Positions 1 to 13,874 are shown, counted from the stretch's first letter. The stretch: DNA of 64,000 nt from Bacteriovoracia bacterium (GCA_050251055.1 JBFWNL010000004.1:299240-363239); one strand, 5' to 3'. The notes: generated from the sequence alone by a model not told the origin. Numbers and translations are program-made.

Positions 1-1
1 C

Positions 2-607
2 GACCTCGCGCGGCCGAGCCCCGAAGCCCACGCGGTCGAGGTCACGATGATGTTGGCCAATTCCCAACTTCGCGTCTCGCTCGTAACCGTCCATCAATCC
101 TTGCGGCAGGTGCCCGATTCCCTCACGCGCGAGGGGATCGTACGCGCGGTAATGCAAACCTGGGAGCACCTCACGGGATTTTGCGGCATCTCGCGGCCCA
201 AGATCGCCGTCACGGCACTCAATCCCCACGCGGGAGAAGCGGGCATCTTAGGTCGGGAAGAAATCGAGATCATCACTCCCGCGCTAGACGAACTCCGCGC
301 GAAACTGGGAAGAAAATGCGAACTCACGGGCCCGCACCCGGCCGACACGCTGTTTGCGATGAACCAGCTCGCGAAACCCAAGGAACGGGTCGACGCGGTG
401 GTTTGCATGTACCACGACCAGGGATTGATTCCGGTGAAGCTCTTGGATTTCCCGAATACGGTAAACCTTACCCTCGGGCTGCCCTTTATTCGCACCTCAG
501 TGGATCACGGGACTGGTTTTGACATCGCCGGACGCGGAATAGCAGACCCTTCCAGTATGGAAAGCGCGATTTGGCTCGCGCTCGACATGATCCAAAAAAG
601 TCGCTAA
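2..607 (+). CDS. pdxA: 4-hydroxythreonine-4-phosphate dehydrogenase, 5' truncated by the window edge
   Basis: Motifs LVTVH, ALNPHAGE, MYHDQG, RTSVDHGTGFDIAG. Frame is open back to position 2. Confidence 0.95.
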   Translation, partial: DLARPSPEAHAVEVTMMLANSQLRVSLVTVHQSLRQVPDSLTREGIVRAVMQTWEHLTGFCGISRPKIAVTALNPHAGEAGILGREEIEIITPALDELRAKLGRKCELTGPHPADTLFAMNQLAKPKERVDAVVCMYHDQGLIPVKLLDFPNTVNLTLGLPFIRTSVDHGTGFDIAGRGIADPSSMESAIWLALDMIQKSR

Positions 608-645
608 AAAGAACGGTTCATAAAACGTTTTTTGGAGCCACGCCT

Positions 646-2061
646 ATGAAAGTTAATGCTTCCATCTTCCGCGAGTACGACATCCGCGGCATCGCCGCCA
701 CCGACCTTTCGGCCGAGTTCGCCGAGAACCTGGGCCTCGCCTACGCGCGCTTCCTACGCGAGCAGCTGCCGCAGCAAAAGCAGTTCAACGTCTCCGTCGG
801 CCGCGACTGCCGCCTCACCGGCGACCTATTGGCCAACGCGTTGATCTTGGGGATGCGCAAAGGCGGGCTCAACGTCGTATCCATCGGCGTATGCCCGACG
901 CCGCTCACTTATTTCAGCCTCTTCGAGCTCAGCCTCGACGGGGGAATCATGGTGACGGGCTCGCACAACGCCTCCGAATACAACGGCTTTAAAATCTGCG
1001 TCGGCCGCTCCACCATCCATGGCGAGCAGATCCAAGTCCTCCGGAAGTACATGGAGCAGGGCACGCCACCCGCCGCGGAGATGGGGTCTTTCCGTGAAAC
1101 CAATCTCATTCCAGAGTACATCGATTACGTCGCCGCGCGTTTCCCAGGTTTGCAAAAAAAGAAAATCGTCCTCGATGCCGGAAACGGTACCGCCAGCACG
1201 GTGGCACCGGAGCTCTTTAAGCGCTTGGGCGCGGACGTCGTTCCACTTTACTGCGAGCTCGACGGCCGCTTCCCCAATCATCATCCGGACCCCACGGTCC
1301 CCGAAAACCTTCAAGACCTAATTGCCGCCGTGAAGCGGGAGAAAGCCGACTTCGGCGTGGGCTTCGACGGCGACTCGGACCGCATCGGGCTGGTCGACGA
1401 AAATGGGCGTATTGTCTACGGCGATGAGCTGATGATTATCTTTTCCCGGGACATCCTTAAATCCATTCCCGGTTCCACGATCATCAGCGAAGTGAAGTGC
1501 AGTCACCGCTTGTATGAAGACATTGCTAAGCACGGCGGGAATCCCATCATGTGGAAAACCGGTCACTCCCTCATTAAATCCAAAATGAAGGAAACCAAGG
1601 CCGCCCTGGCCGGCGAGATGTCCGGGCATATTTTCTTCGCCGATCGTTATTTCGGCTTTGATGACGCCATTTACGCGGCCGTACGGGTATTCGAGATCTC
1701 CTCAAAAACCAACCAGAAGATATCTTCGCTCATCTCCGACCTGCCCCAGGTCGTCGCCACCCCGGAAATCCGGGTGGACTGCGAAGAAGACCGGAAGTTC
1801 GCGCTCGTGGCGGAAACCAAGCGCCTATTGAGCCAGTCCTTCAAAACGATTGATATCGATGGCGTCCGGGTAAACTTCACCGGGGGCTGGGGCTTGGTGC
1901 GGGCTTCCAACACCTCGCCAGTGCTCGTGCTCCGCTTCGAGGCGCCCGACGAAGCCAAGATGATAGAGTTCAAGACCACCGTTTACACCGCGCTCAACAC
2001 GGCGGCCAAAACCGTGGGGCACCCCGCGATCTCCCAGGCCTCGGGAGCCCATGGCCACTGA
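646..2061 (+). CDS. Phosphomannomutase/phosphoglucomutase (AlgC-like)
   Basis: [14 protein letters not shown] phosphoserine loop, FDGDSDR metal loop, GEMSGH. ATG 646 chosen because GGAG lies just upstream. Confidence 0.93.
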   Translation: MKVNASIFREYDIRGIAATDLSAEFAENLGLAYARFLREQLPQQKQFNVSVGRDCRLTGDLLANALILGMRKGGLNVVSIGVCPTPLTYFSLFELSLDGGIMVTGSHNASEYNGFKICVGRSTIHGEQIQVLRKYMEQGTPPAAEMGSFRETNLIPEYIDYVAARFPGLQKKKIVLDAGNGTASTVAPELFKRLGADVVPLYCELDGRFPNHHPDPTVPENLQDLIAAVKREKADFGVGFDGDSDRIGLVDENGRIVYGDELMIIFSRDILKSIPGSTIISEVKCSHRLYEDIAKHGGNPIMWKTGHSLIKSKMKETKAALAGEMSGHIFFADRYFGFDDAIYAAVRVFEISSKTNQKISSLISDLPQVVATPEIRVDCEEDRKFALVAETKRLLSQSFKTIDIDGVRVNFTGGWGLVRASNTSPVLVLRFEAPDEAKMIEFKTTVYTALNTAAKTVGHPAISQASGAHGH

Positions 2062-4627
2062 AAATCTCCAAAATGACGAGGCCATCGTCATCAAGGGGGC
2101 CAAGGTCCACAACCTAAAGAACGTGGACATCACGATCCCGCGGGGAACTTTCACCGTCATCACCGGTCCTTCGGGTTCCGGGAAATCCTCGCTCGCATTC
2201 GACACCATTTACGCCGAAGGCCAGCGCCGCTACGTCGAGAGCCTCTCTGTATACGCCCGGCAATTCTTGGAGCAACTCGGCAAGCCCGATGTCGAATCCG
2301 TGTCGGGTTTGAGCCCGACCATCTCCATCGAACAGCGCACGACCAGCCTCAACCCGCGCTCCACCGTGGGCACGGTCACCGAGATCTATGATTATCTGCG
2401 CCTGCTGTACGCGCGCATTTCCAAGCCGTTTTGCTATAACTGCGGGAAACCCATTCAATCCCAGTCCCAACAACAGATCGTCGACACGATCCTGGCTTCC
2501 GACGAAAACACCAAGCTCGCCATCCTGGCGCCCGTGATCAAGGGCCGTAAAGGCGAGCACCAGAAGGAGATGCTGCAGCTTCGGCAGCGCGGTTTCGTGC
2601 GCGTCCGGATCGACGGCGAGATGAAGGATCTTTCGGAGGACTTCGTCGTCGATAAGAATAAAAAGCACGACATCGAGGTCTACGTCGATCGCCTCATCGT
2701 TAAAGGTGATCGGAGCCTGCTCTCCTCGCGCGTGAGCGACTCGGTCGAGCTCGCGTTAAACCTCGGCGCCGGCGCATTGATTCTAGAAGCCCACGCAGGG
2801 GAAAAGAAGCACGACACCCTGCTCTCGGAGAAATTCGCCTGTACCGACTGCGGAATTAGTTACCCCGAGCCCGAGCCCCGTACCTTTTCGTTCAATAGCC
2901 CCATGGGGGCATGCCCCCGTTGCGATGGACTCGGGTTTGACCCCGACTTCTTGTCCGAAGAGGCGGACGCGGACGCGGAGATCCCGGAAATCGTGGTGCC
3001 AAAAACACCACCCCCCTGCGTGGAGTGCTTGGGCACGCGCCTACGCAAGGAAAGCCGCTTTTACCGCCTGGGCAAACAAAGCATCGCCGATCTTTGCGAT
3101 CTAGCGATTTTGGATCTGGGGAAATTTTTCCAGGACCTGAAGCTTAGCCAGCGGGAAACCCTGATTGGCGAGCGCATCGTAAAGGAAATCGCCGAACGCC
3201 TGCGGTTTTTGAATCGCGTGGGCGTGGGTTACTTGAGCCTGAACCGCTCCGCCCGTACGCTCTCGGGCGGGGAAGCCCAGCGGATTCGCCTGGCCACGCA
3301 AATCGGCAGCTCGCTCGTGGGTGTGATTTACATTTTAGACGAGCCCAGCATCGGCCTCCACCCCCGCGATAACCACATGCTACTGGGCACGTTGACGGAT
3401 TTAAAAAACCTCGGGAATACCGTGCTCGTCGTCGAACACGACCGCGAAACCATGGAAGCCGCCGACTGGATCGTCGACATGGGTCCTGGCGCCGGCACCA
3501 AAGGCGGCGAGGTCATCGCGGAAGGACCCTTGAAAGCCATCACGGGGAACAAGCAAAGCGTGACCGGGAAGTACCTCAAGGGGACGCTTGAAATTGCCGT
3601 ACCACCGCAACGCCGCGCCTGGAGCAACCAAAAGGCCATTACCTTAAAAGGCGCCAGCGGGAATAACCTCAAAAACGTTTCCGCCACTTTTCCGTTGGGG
3701 GTGCTCACCTGTGTGACCGGTGTTTCGGGCAGCGGCAAGAGCACGCTGGTGATCGACACGCTCTACCGGCTCTTGCTCCAAAAGGTCTATAAGATCGACG
3801 CAAGCGACGTGAAGGTCGGCGGCGTGCAAGGACTCGAGCACATCGATAAGGTGATCGACATCGACCAAAGCCCCATCGGCAAGACCCCACGCTCCAATCC
3901 ATCCACCTACATCGGGCTATTTAGCCTCATTCGCGATCTCTTCGCCAATCTGCCGGATAGCCAAATCCGTGGTTATAAGCCGGGCCGTTTTTCCTTTAAC
4001 GTGAAGGGCGGCCGCTGCGAAACGTGTGAGGGTGACGGCGTCACCAAGATTGAAATGCACTTCCTGCCGAACGTGTACGTGAAGTGCGATACTTGCCAGG
4101 GTAGGCGCTACAACCGAGAAACGCTCGAGATCCGCTACAAAGGGAAAAATATTTCAGACGTGCTTTCCATGACTGCGCTCGAGGCGCTCGAGTTCTTCGA
4201 CGCCGTCCCACAAATCAAGTGGCGGTTAAGCGTACTCAACGACGTCGGCCTGTCCTACATCACGCTCGGGCAAGCCGCGACGACCCTCTCGGGCGGAGAA
4301 GCCCAACGCATCAAGCTCGCCAAGGAGCTCTCCAAGCGCGCTACCGGAAAGACGGTTTATATTCTCGACGAGCCGTCCACCGGCCTTCACTTCGACGACG
4401 TGAAAAAACTCATTCAGATCCTCCAGCAGCTCGTCGACCAGGGCAACACCGTGATCGTCATCGAGCACAATCTCGACATCATCAAGGTCGCCGATCACGT
4501 CCTCGACATCGGACCCGAAGGGGGAGGCGCCGGGGGGCGGGTGGTCGCTACCGGCACTCCTGAGGAAGTCGCTGCGCATGAAAAGAGCGAAACGGGGCGT
4601 TTCTTGAAACCTTACCTAAAGGAATAA
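2051..4627 (+). CDS. uvrA: Excinuclease ABC subunit A (short form, 858 aa)
   Basis: Two Walker A motifs ([16 protein letters not shown]), two LSGGEAQRI signatures, CxxC zinc modules. Confidence 0.97.
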   Translation: MATENLQNDEAIVIKGAKVHNLKNVDITIPRGTFTVITGPSGSGKSSLAFDTIYAEGQRRYVESLSVYARQFLEQLGKPDVESVSGLSPTISIEQRTTSLNPRSTVGTVTEIYDYLRLLYARISKPFCYNCGKPIQSQSQQQIVDTILASDENTKLAILAPVIKGRKGEHQKEMLQLRQRGFVRVRIDGEMKDLSEDFVVDKNKKHDIEVYVDRLIVKGDRSLLSSRVSDSVELALNLGAGALILEAHAGEKKHDTLLSEKFACTDCGISYPEPEPRTFSFNSPMGACPRCDGLGFDPDFLSEEADADAEIPEIVVPKTPPPCVECLGTRLRKESRFYRLGKQSIADLCDLAILDLGKFFQDLKLSQRETLIGERIVKEIAERLRFLNRVGVGYLSLNRSARTLSGGEAQRIRLATQIGSSLVGVIYILDEPSIGLHPRDNHMLLGTLTDLKNLGNTVLVVEHDRETMEAADWIVDMGPGAGTKGGEVIAEGPLKAITGNKQSVTGKYLKGTLEIAVPPQRRAWSNQKAITLKGASGNNLKNVSATFPLGVLTCVTGVSGSGKSTLVIDTLYRLLLQKVYKIDASDVKVGGVQGLEHIDKVIDIDQSPIGKTPRSNPSTYIGLFSLIRDLFANLPDSQIRGYKPGRFSFNVKGGRCETCEGDGVTKIEMHFLPNVYVKCDTCQGRRYNRETLEIRYKGKNISDVLSMTALEALEFFDAVPQIKWRLSVLNDVGLSYITLGQAATTLSGGEAQRIKLAKELSKRATGKTVYILDEPSTGLHFDDVKKLIQILQQLVDQGNTVIVIEHNLDIIKVADHVLDIGPEGGGAGGRVVATGTPEEVAAHEKSETGRFLKPYLKE

Positions 4628-4744
4628 AGACAATAATTACAAATAGTTAATACGATTAAAATATTTGTTGATTAATTAAGTCAAATAATTTAAACCCATC
4701 TTCGATCAGGGCATGAAGGGCAAACTTTATTTAAAGGAGTTCTC

Positions 4745-5443
4745 ATGTCTTCTATCTCTTACGTTGGATTGTGTTTAACTCTGATCCTAAGTCTCACTTC
4801 CGCCTACGCCGGCGAGACCATCCATAAAAAGACCGTAGCCGAACGATTGATTCACTTCCTGGGAGACTATGAGCTCACTTCCCATCGCGCGGACTCCTAC
4901 CATGCCGGCATCACTGAACAGGACGGCTGTCCCGTCGCCGTCCGCACCCTGATCGAAGAGGATGAATTCGAGGGAAAATCTCGCACGAATATTCGCTTAA
5001 TTGCCATCGACCCAAAAACCAGGGAACGCGACATGCTTGCGTTCATCTCCGATTCGATGACCATTCGCGGCGTCGGTGAGCCTACTACCATTTCAAAGGT
5101 ATGGTTTTCCAGCCCAGGTCCGATCGACGCGGCTTTCGGTAACGGACGCCACGAGCTTCTGCCGACACTGATGAAAATCGAACGCTCGTGCTCTTTGTCT
5201 CCGGACGATAAGACCATCACTCTCGCGCAAAAGACGAGTGCGACTTATAGAATCGGCACCGAGAAATTCAGCATTCCGGCTTGGAGCCAAGGCTCTGAAA
5301 GCGTGCTCACCACCCTCACCGAAGAAAACCAAGTGATGACTTTTAACCTATCTTTCCCCAAGGAGAAGAAGGGAAGGGTGCTCGTCCACGAATGCGTTTA
5401 CAAGCGGCTTCCCGAACTCGCTAAGGACTCCGCCGAAAAATAG
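4745..5443 (+). CDS. Hypothetical secreted protein
   Basis: AAGGAG RBS, signal peptide ending SAYA, AT-rich upstream spacer. No family recognised. Confidence 0.75.
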   Translation: MSSISYVGLCLTLILSLTSAYAGETIHKKTVAERLIHFLGDYELTSHRADSYHAGITEQDGCPVAVRTLIEEDEFEGKSRTNIRLIAIDPKTRERDMLAFISDSMTIRGVGEPTTISKVWFSSPGPIDAAFGNGRHELLPTLMKIERSCSLSPDDKTITLAQKTSATYRIGTEKFSIPAWSQGSESVLTTLTEENQVMTFNLSFPKEKKGRVLVHECVYKRLPELAKDSAEK

Positions 5444-5474
5444 CCTTTTGGCAGACGGCTAGATATCTAGAAAT

Positions 5475-5511
5475 AAAAAGCCCGCCCCGGCTTACGCTAG
5501 GGCGGGCTTTT
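5475..5511. terminator. Bidirectional intrinsic terminator between convergent genes
   Basis: AAAAAGCCCGCCC-loop-GGGCGGGCTTTT. Confidence 0.85.
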
Positions 5512-5550
5512 AGAATTTCGATCCGTTCTGATCGACGTCGTTAAGGACGA

Positions 5551-5865
5551 TTAGTACTTAATGAGCGCGATGATGAACGAGAAAATCACGAGGGACTCGG
5601 TGAGCGCCATCGCGATAATCATGGGGCCTTGGAGGTTGGCTTGCGGGTTGCGAGCCATGCCTTCGAGAGCGGCCGAAGCGGAACGGCCTTGGCCGAGACC
5701 GCAGCCGAAAGCGGCGAGGCCGATGGCCAAAGCGGCGCCCAGGGCTCCGATGCCTTCCTTCGCGCCGGCGGCGGGAGCGTCGTTTGCCATGGCAACCGAC
5801 GAAACCATCATCGCCAAGCAAGCAACCGTAAACAGGACCGACTTTTTGTTTTTCAAGAAGTTCAT
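5551..5865 (-). CDS. atpE: ATP synthase F0 subunit c with an N-terminal signal-like extension
   Basis: GLGQG repeat, ARNP loop, ALTESLVIF with the ion-binding Glu. ATG 5865 follows AAGGG. Confidence 0.95.
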   Translation of the reverse strand: MNFLKNKKSVLFTVACLAMMVSSVAMANDAPAAGAKEGIGALGAALAIGLAAFGCGLGQGRSASAALEGMARNPQANLQGPMIIAMALTESLVIFSFIIALIKY

Positions 5866-5878
5866 GAGATACCCTTTC

Positions 5879-6592
5879 TTAATGATCATGAGCCGTTGAT
5901 AACGAAATATAGACCATTGTCAATATCGTAAAGACAAAGGCCTGGATGAAACAGACGAACGCGCCCAACCCGTAGAAGATCGTTGGAACGATATACGGGG
6001 TGAGTTCGCTGAAGACCGACAACACCATGTGGTCGCCGAAAATGTTCCCGCGCAGACGCAGTCCGAGCGAGATCGGGCGCACAAAGTGCGAGATCACTTC
6101 GATCAAGAAGATCATGGGGGCGATCCACCAGACCGGGCCCATGAAGTGCTTGAGATAAGCCATGCCGTTTTCCTTGAAACCCAGGTAATTGTAATAAACG
6201 AAAACGATCGTGCCCAAAGCGACGGTCGTGTTCAGGTCATCCGTCGGCGGACGAAAACCGGGCAACAGGCCAAGGAGATTCGAAATGAAGATGAAGAGAA
6301 ACAAGCTGCCGATGAAGGGATAGAAGCGTTTCGTCTGGTGCTCGCCCAAAATGCCCTCGGCGAATGAGTAAAGCTTCTCGGCCATGATTTCGAAGAAATT
6401 CAAAAAAGTCCAACGCGGCGCCGGGACCAATCCGCCGTCGACAGATTGCATCGACCGCTTCAGCTGCAGACGAGCGATCCAGGTCACGGCGATCAGCATC
6501 ACACCCACGAAGAGCGCGGACACGACGTGAATCGGAAGTCCCGCTAGAAATGGGATTTGGTGAAACCAAAGAAATCCATGATTGTCATGCAT
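5879..6592 (-). CDS. atpB: ATP synthase F0 subunit a
   Basis: SNLLGLLPG, RPISLGLRLRGNI, FIQAFVF. Confidence 0.96.
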   Translation of the reverse strand: MHDNHGFLWFHQIPFLAGLPIHVVSALFVGVMLIAVTWIARLQLKRSMQSVDGGLVPAPRWTFLNFFEIMAEKLYSFAEGILGEHQTKRFYPFIGSLFLFIFISNLLGLLPGFRPPTDDLNTTVALGTIVFVYYNYLGFKENGMAYLKHFMGPVWWIAPMIFLIEVISHFVRPISLGLRLRGNIFGDHMVLSVFSELTPYIVPTIFYGLGAFVCFIQAFVFTILTMVYISLSTAHDH

Positions 6593-6598
6593 TCGCGA

Positions 6599-7012
6599 CT
6601 AACCTCGACGTACCTTACCCAACCACAACAGCCCTACCGCTCCGAAAAGGGGCACGACTATCAGAGTCACCAGACCGATCGAAACCGCGGCAACTGGGAT
6701 GTTTTTCTTCAGAAAAACGGATGTGCCAATACCTACTAGACAAGCTATTTTTAAGAAACCCCAAAATACCCAAGTTCTTCGATTTTCCTCGTTCCGCTCG
6801 GTCATTAAGAGCGCGGTCTTAAAAAGCAAAAACAGATTCAGAACGCTCAACCCCCAGTACAGGAAGAACCAACCGTAGTTTCCGGTGGCGGTCGCCTCTA
6901 AAATTTCTGTGAGAAAAACCCCGATCGGCACCCAGGCCAAGGCTACGAAACCGAAAACTTTGAAAACTTGGGAAGCGGTGAAGCCCCCCATCGACGGCGG
7001 GGGAGAGTTCAT
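6599..7012 (-). CDS. Membrane protein with about 4 TM segments, probable AtpI-like
   Basis: Four hydrophobic segments; lies directly upstream of atpB. Confidence 0.6.
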   Translation of the reverse strand: MNSPPPSMGGFTASQVFKVFGFVALAWVPIGVFLTEILEATATGNYGWFFLYWGLSVLNLFLLFKTALLMTERNEENRRTWVFWGFLKIACLVGIGTSVFLKKNIPVAAVSIGLVTLIVVPLFGAVGLLWLGKVRRG

Positions 7013-7830
7013 TTTTTCTGAGTTTTTCTGGAGTTACGCATGGATACACGCTGTTTAAGGCGCGCGAGCTTAGTTTCTATTACCTGAGTAGATGGGTATT
7101 CTTTTAGAAGCTCTTCGTATCGGGGAAGAGCTTCTTCCAGCAGGTTTTGTTCTTCCATGCAGTTGGCGATACCGAATCGCGCGAAGGTCGCCAAGTCGCT
7201 CTGCGGATACTTTTCCAAAAAAGCCTCGTAGGCATCGATCGCGTGTTGGTAGGCGTCCGCGCCATCTTGGGCCCGATCGCCCATCGTAAAGTAAGTCACG
7301 CCGAGCTCGTAGGCTGACTTCTCGGCGTAGTTTGAACCGCCGTAGCGGCTGATGATTTCCTGGTAGGTCTCGATCGCTTTCTCAAAGTCCCAAAGAAAAA
7401 ACTGGCTCTTGGCAATCCTGTACAAAAACTCGGGCGCCTCCGGCGCATAAGGCTTCTTACGCAAGAGCGCCTGGTAATGAGTAAGCGCGGTTTCGTAATG
7501 ATTTAGTTTTAAGAAAAGAATTTCCCCAATGGCTTTATTCGCCGACCAGGCGCTCACGTCCTCGCCGCCGATGTCGATGTAGGTTCGGAATTTTTTTATC
7601 GCGTCGTTGTACTCGGCCAAAAAGAGATTTTGAGTCATCGCCGCCCGGAAAAGCGCCTGCAGCCCGAGCTTGCCCTTAGGGTCGCGCGAATAAACCTGTT
7701 CGAACTCGGCGACCGCGGCTGAATATTTCCCATTCTCCCACAGGTTTTCGGCCAAGATATAACGGCGTTTGGTGTTGTCGATCGTACACGCCGCGACGAG
7801 GACCATGCCCATGGAAAGGGCGATTCCCAT
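7009..7830 (-). CDS. TPR-repeat lipoprotein (BamD/CpoB-like fold)
   Basis: Lipobox VAAC and repeated TPR helices. ATG 7830 avoids overlap with gyrA. Confidence 0.8.
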   Translation of the reverse strand: MGIALSMGMVLVAACTIDNTKRRYILAENLWENGKYSAAVAEFEQVYSRDPKGKLGLQALFRAAMTQNLFLAEYNDAIKKFRTYIDIGGEDVSAWSANKAIGEILFLKLNHYETALTHYQALLRKKPYAPEAPEFLYRIAKSQFFLWDFEKAIETYQEIISRYGGSNYAEKSAYELGVTYFTMGDRAQDGADAYQHAIDAYEAFLEKYPQSDLATFARFGIANCMEEQNLLEEALPRYEELLKEYPSTQVIETKLARLKQRVSMRNSRKTQKK

Positions 7831-7852
7831 TCGAGTTCGCGCCGTACGCCGC

Positions 7853-10393
7853 TTAGTGGGTAGTGGGTTCTTTGGCAGGCGAGCCGTCCTTCGCGCCGTT
7901 CGAGCCGCTTCCATCGCTTCCGGTTTCGACCGATTCGGTTGCCTCCGCGATATACTCGAGCGCCACGACCTTCTCGTCGTCCGACATGGTCATCAAACGC
8001 ACGCCTTGAGTCACGCGCCCGAGCTCGGAAATCTCGCTCACGCGGATACGGATCATCTTACCCTTGTCGGACACGATCATCACGTCATCCTTCGGCAGCA
8101 CCTGCTTGGCGGCTACGATCTTGCCGTTGCGATCGGACAACTTCATGGAGAGCACGCCCTTGCCGGCGCGACTCTGCAGCCGGTATTCCTCGACCGGCGT
8201 GCGCTTGCCGTAGCCGTTCTCGGTGACGGTGAGGATCTCGCGGCCGGTGGCGTCCTTCTCCAGGGTCGCCATCGCCACGACTTGATCCTTGTCTTCTAGG
8301 GTCATGCCCGTCACACCGCGAGCGGCGCGGCCCATCGCGCGCACGTTGTCCTCGGGGAACCGGATGCACTTGCCGTCCGACGTGCTGATGAAAATATCCT
8401 TGTTGCCGTCCGTGACGCTCGCGCTGACCAGCTGGTCGCCTTCCTGCACGCCCATGGCGATGATACCCGAACTACGCACGTTGCTGAATTCGCTGAGCGA
8501 GGTCTTCTTGATCACGCCCTGGAGCGTGACCATGACGATGTACTCGTTGTCCTTGAACTCGCGGACGGGCAGCACCTGCTTAATCCGCTCGCCCGGCGCG
8601 AGCTGGATCAGGTTCACGATCGCCTTGCCTTTGCCCGTACGGGAAATTTGCGGGATCTTGAACACCTTCAGCCAGTACAAGCGGCCTTTATCGGTGAAGC
8701 ACAGCAGGTAGCTCAGGTTGGTCGTGCGGTAGATCGCGTTGACGAAATCGTCGTCCGCAGTCGTCACGCCCTTCATGCCCTTGCCGCCGCGGTGCTGGCT
8801 CTTGAACTCGCCCAGGTCCAGCCGTTTGATGTAGCCGCGGTGGGTGATAGTGACCAGCGTCTCTTCGTCCGCGATGAGATCTTCGGCCTCGAACGCGCTC
8901 ACTTCCGACATCACGATCTGCGTGCGGCGTTTATCGCCGTAGCGGTCTTTGATCTCCGTGAGTTCCTTCGAGATGATTTCGTATACCAGCGCTTCGCTGC
9001 CCAGGATCTTCTTGAGCTCGCCGATGAGCTTCATCACTTCGGCGTAGTCGTTGATGATCTTGTCGCGCTCGAGTCCCGTGAGGCGCTGCAGGCGCATGTC
9101 CAAGATGGCTTGGGCCTGGATCTCGGTGAACTGGAACTTAGCGATCAAGCCTTCCTTCGCTTCCGCCGGACCCTTGGCGCCACGAATCAGGGCGATGACG
9201 GCGTCGAGATTCTCGACCGCGCGCTTCAAGCCTTCCAAGATATGGGCTTTTTCCTCGGCCTTGCGCAGTTCATAGACGGTGCGACGGAGGACGACGTCCT
9301 TGCGATGCTCCACGAAGGCCCAGATCATCTGCTTCAAATTCATGATCTTGGGTTGATTGTGGTGAATCGCCAGGAAGGTAATACCGAAATTTTCCTGCAG
9401 GGAAGTGTGCTTGTAAAGCTGGTTCAAGATGACGTTGGAATTCTCGCCCTTCTTGATTTCGATCACGATGCGCATGCCCGTGCGATCGGACTCATCGCGC
9501 AGATCGCCGATGCCTTCGACTTTCTTGTCGCGTACCAAATCGGCGATGCTTTCGATGAGCTTGGCCTTATTCACCTGGTAGGGGAGCTCCGTCACGATGA
9601 TGCGCTGACGGTCGTTCTTCATCTCCTCGATCTCGGTCTTGGCGCGCATGGTGATCGAGCCACGGCCTTCACGATAGGCTTGCTTTAGTCCGCTACCGTC
9701 GAAAATAAAGCCAGCGGTCGGGAAATCCGGGCCTTTCACGAACTTCAGAAGATCGTCCACGCCCAATTGCGGGTTCTGCACGAGCGCGATCGTGGCATCC
9801 ACGATCTCGGTCATATTGTGGGGAGGAATATTGGTCGCCATCCCGACGGCGATACCGCTGGAACCGTTGACGAGCAGGTTCGGGAAACGTGACGGCATGA
9901 CGAGTGGTTCTTTTAAGCTGTCGTCATAGTTGGGACCGAAATCGACCGTCTCTTTTTCCAGATCCGCGAGGAGCTCGTCGGTGATCCGGGACATGCGGAC
10001 TTCCGTATAGCGCATGGCCGCCGCGAAATCGCCGTCGATGGACCCGAAGTTCCCCTGGCCATCCACTAACGGGTAGCGAAGCGAGAAGTCCTGCGCCATA
10101 CGGACAATCGTGTCGTAGACGGCGGTGTCGCCGTGCGGATGGTACTTACCGATGACGTCCCCGACCACGCGGGCGGACTTCTTGTAAGGTTTATTGTACG
10201 TGTTGCCGAGCTCGTGCATCGCGTACAGGACGCGGCGGTGCACCGGCTTCAAACCGTCGCGCACGTCCGGGAGCGCGCGCCCGATGATCACGCTCATGGC
10301 GTAATCAAGATAGGCTCCCCGCATTTCGTCTTCGATTTTCACGTCGACGGTGTTCGAGATGGGAGCGGAAGGAGGAGTAGTCAGTTCAGCCAT
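7853..10393 (-). CDS. gyrA: DNA gyrase subunit A
   Basis: [26 protein letters not shown] catalytic Tyr, GyrA box QHRGGKG. Confidence 0.98.
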   Translation of the reverse strand: MAELTTPPSAPISNTVDVKIEDEMRGAYLDYAMSVIIGRALPDVRDGLKPVHRRVLYAMHELGNTYNKPYKKSARVVGDVIGKYHPHGDTAVYDTIVRMAQDFSLRYPLVDGQGNFGSIDGDFAAAMRYTEVRMSRITDELLADLEKETVDFGPNYDDSLKEPLVMPSRFPNLLVNGSSGIAVGMATNIPPHNMTEIVDATIALVQNPQLGVDDLLKFVKGPDFPTAGFIFDGSGLKQAYREGRGSITMRAKTEIEEMKNDRQRIIVTELPYQVNKAKLIESIADLVRDKKVEGIGDLRDESDRTGMRIVIEIKKGENSNVILNQLYKHTSLQENFGITFLAIHHNQPKIMNLKQMIWAFVEHRKDVVLRRTVYELRKAEEKAHILEGLKRAVENLDAVIALIRGAKGPAEAKEGLIAKFQFTEIQAQAILDMRLQRLTGLERDKIINDYAEVMKLIGELKKILGSEALVYEIISKELTEIKDRYGDKRRTQIVMSEVSAFEAEDLIADEETLVTITHRGYIKRLDLGEFKSQHRGGKGMKGVTTADDDFVNAIYRTTNLSYLLCFTDKGRLYWLKVFKIPQISRTGKGKAIVNLIQLAPGERIKQVLPVREFKDNEYIVMVTLQGVIKKTSLSEFSNVRSSGIIAMGVQEGDQLVSASVTDGNKDIFISTSDGKCIRFPEDNVRAMGRAARGVTGMTLEDKDQVVAMATLEKDATGREILTVTENGYGKRTPVEEYRLQSRAGKGVLSMKLSDRNGKIVAAKQVLPKDDVMIVSDKGKMIRIRVSEISELGRVTQGVRLMTMSDDEKVVALEYIAEATESVETGSDGSGSNGAKDGSPAKEPTTH

Positions 10394-10402
10394 AGATCAC
10401 GT

Positions 10403-11422
10403 TTACCAGCGCATCAGCATCGAGCCCCACGTGAAACCGCTACCGAAAGTAGCGGAACACACGAGCATGCCGCGCTTCAATTTCCCTTCTCTCACCGCCG
10501 TATCCATCCCCAACGGGATGGTCGCGGCGGTCGTGTTCGCGAATCGATCAATCGTATTGAAACATTTATCAGCTGGGATCCCCAGCTGCTTGGCCACCAT
10601 CTCGTTGATGCGCAGATTAGCCTGGTGGAAGATGAAGAGATCCACTTCCTCGATCTTCTTTCCGTTCGCGGCCAGTGCTTCCAGCACCGCTTCAGGCATG
10701 CGCTTGGAGGCGTGCACGAAAACCGTCTTGCCGTTCATCTTCGGAAAAATGTCCCGGTCTTCCACCATCTTCGGATGAAAACGGGCGCCGTACTCGAAAT
10801 CCATCCCTAAGCCCGGCAGCCAGAGCTCCTTGCGGTATTTGCCGTCGGCATGCAGATGCGTGGAGTAGATGTAAGAATCTTTCTGATCATCCTTCACTTC
10901 GCAGGCGCCCAGCACGGCGGCCGAAGCGGCATCGCCAAAGAGCACGGACACGTCGCGGCCATGGTCGGAAAGGTCCAGGCCCTTGGAGTGAACTTCCGCG
11001 CCCACCACGAGCACTTTTTTATACATGCCCGTACGGATGAATTGATCGGCGATCGAAACGCCATAGATAAAGCCGGAGCACTGTTGGCGAACATCCAGCG
11101 CCGGGATTTCCGGCACCCCCAGCTTGTCTTGAAGGGCACAGGCCGTACCGGGAAACTCGTTATCCGGGCTGAGGGTGGCCAAGATAATCAGATCGATCTC
11201 TTTCTTGTCGATCTTCGCATCCGCGATGGCCTTTTCGGAGGCCATGAGGGCCAGATCCGAGGTCGTCGTTTCTTTTTTATCCACCCAATAACGTTGCTTG
11301 ATCCCGGTGCGCTGCTGAATCCACTCGTCGGACGTATCCATGTACTGCTTGAGGTCGTCGTTCTTCACGACCCTGGGCGGCAGGTAAGATCCGGTTCCGA
11401 GAATGCGCGAACGCGTTTTCAT
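10403..11422 (-). CDS. fabH: Beta-ketoacyl-ACP synthase III family protein
   Basis: GTGSYLP, DTSDEWI, catalytic Cys (QQCSGF), His (FHQAN), Asn (ANTTAA), FGSGFTWG. Confidence 0.9.
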   Translation of the reverse strand: MKTRSRILGTGSYLPPRVVKNDDLKQYMDTSDEWIQQRTGIKQRYWVDKKETTTSDLALMASEKAIADAKIDKKEIDLIILATLSPDNEFPGTACALQDKLGVPEIPALDVRQQCSGFIYGVSIADQFIRTGMYKKVLVVGAEVHSKGLDLSDHGRDVSVLFGDAASAAVLGACEVKDDQKDSYIYSTHLHADGKYRKELWLPGLGMDFEYGARFHPKMVEDRDIFPKMNGKTVFVHASKRMPEAVLEALAANGKKIEEVDLFIFHQANLRINEMVAKQLGIPADKCFNTIDRFANTTAATIPLGMDTAVREGKLKRGMLVCSATFGSGFTWGSMLMRW

Positions 11423-11441
11423 AACTCCTTCAAACAGCTCC

Positions 11442-13874
<2,433 letters not shown>

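Noticed and set aside
571-645. Extended N-termini in the ORF track (PMM, crt, icmB, atpC, GNAT, flgF, TPR protein)
   Set aside because: They overlap upstream genes, hairpins or promoters; downstream starts with an RBS or stop-start coupling fit better.
10110-10145. GyrA Thr at the E. coli Ser83 position as a resistance allele
   Set aside because: Thr is wild type in many taxa, for example Pseudomonas.
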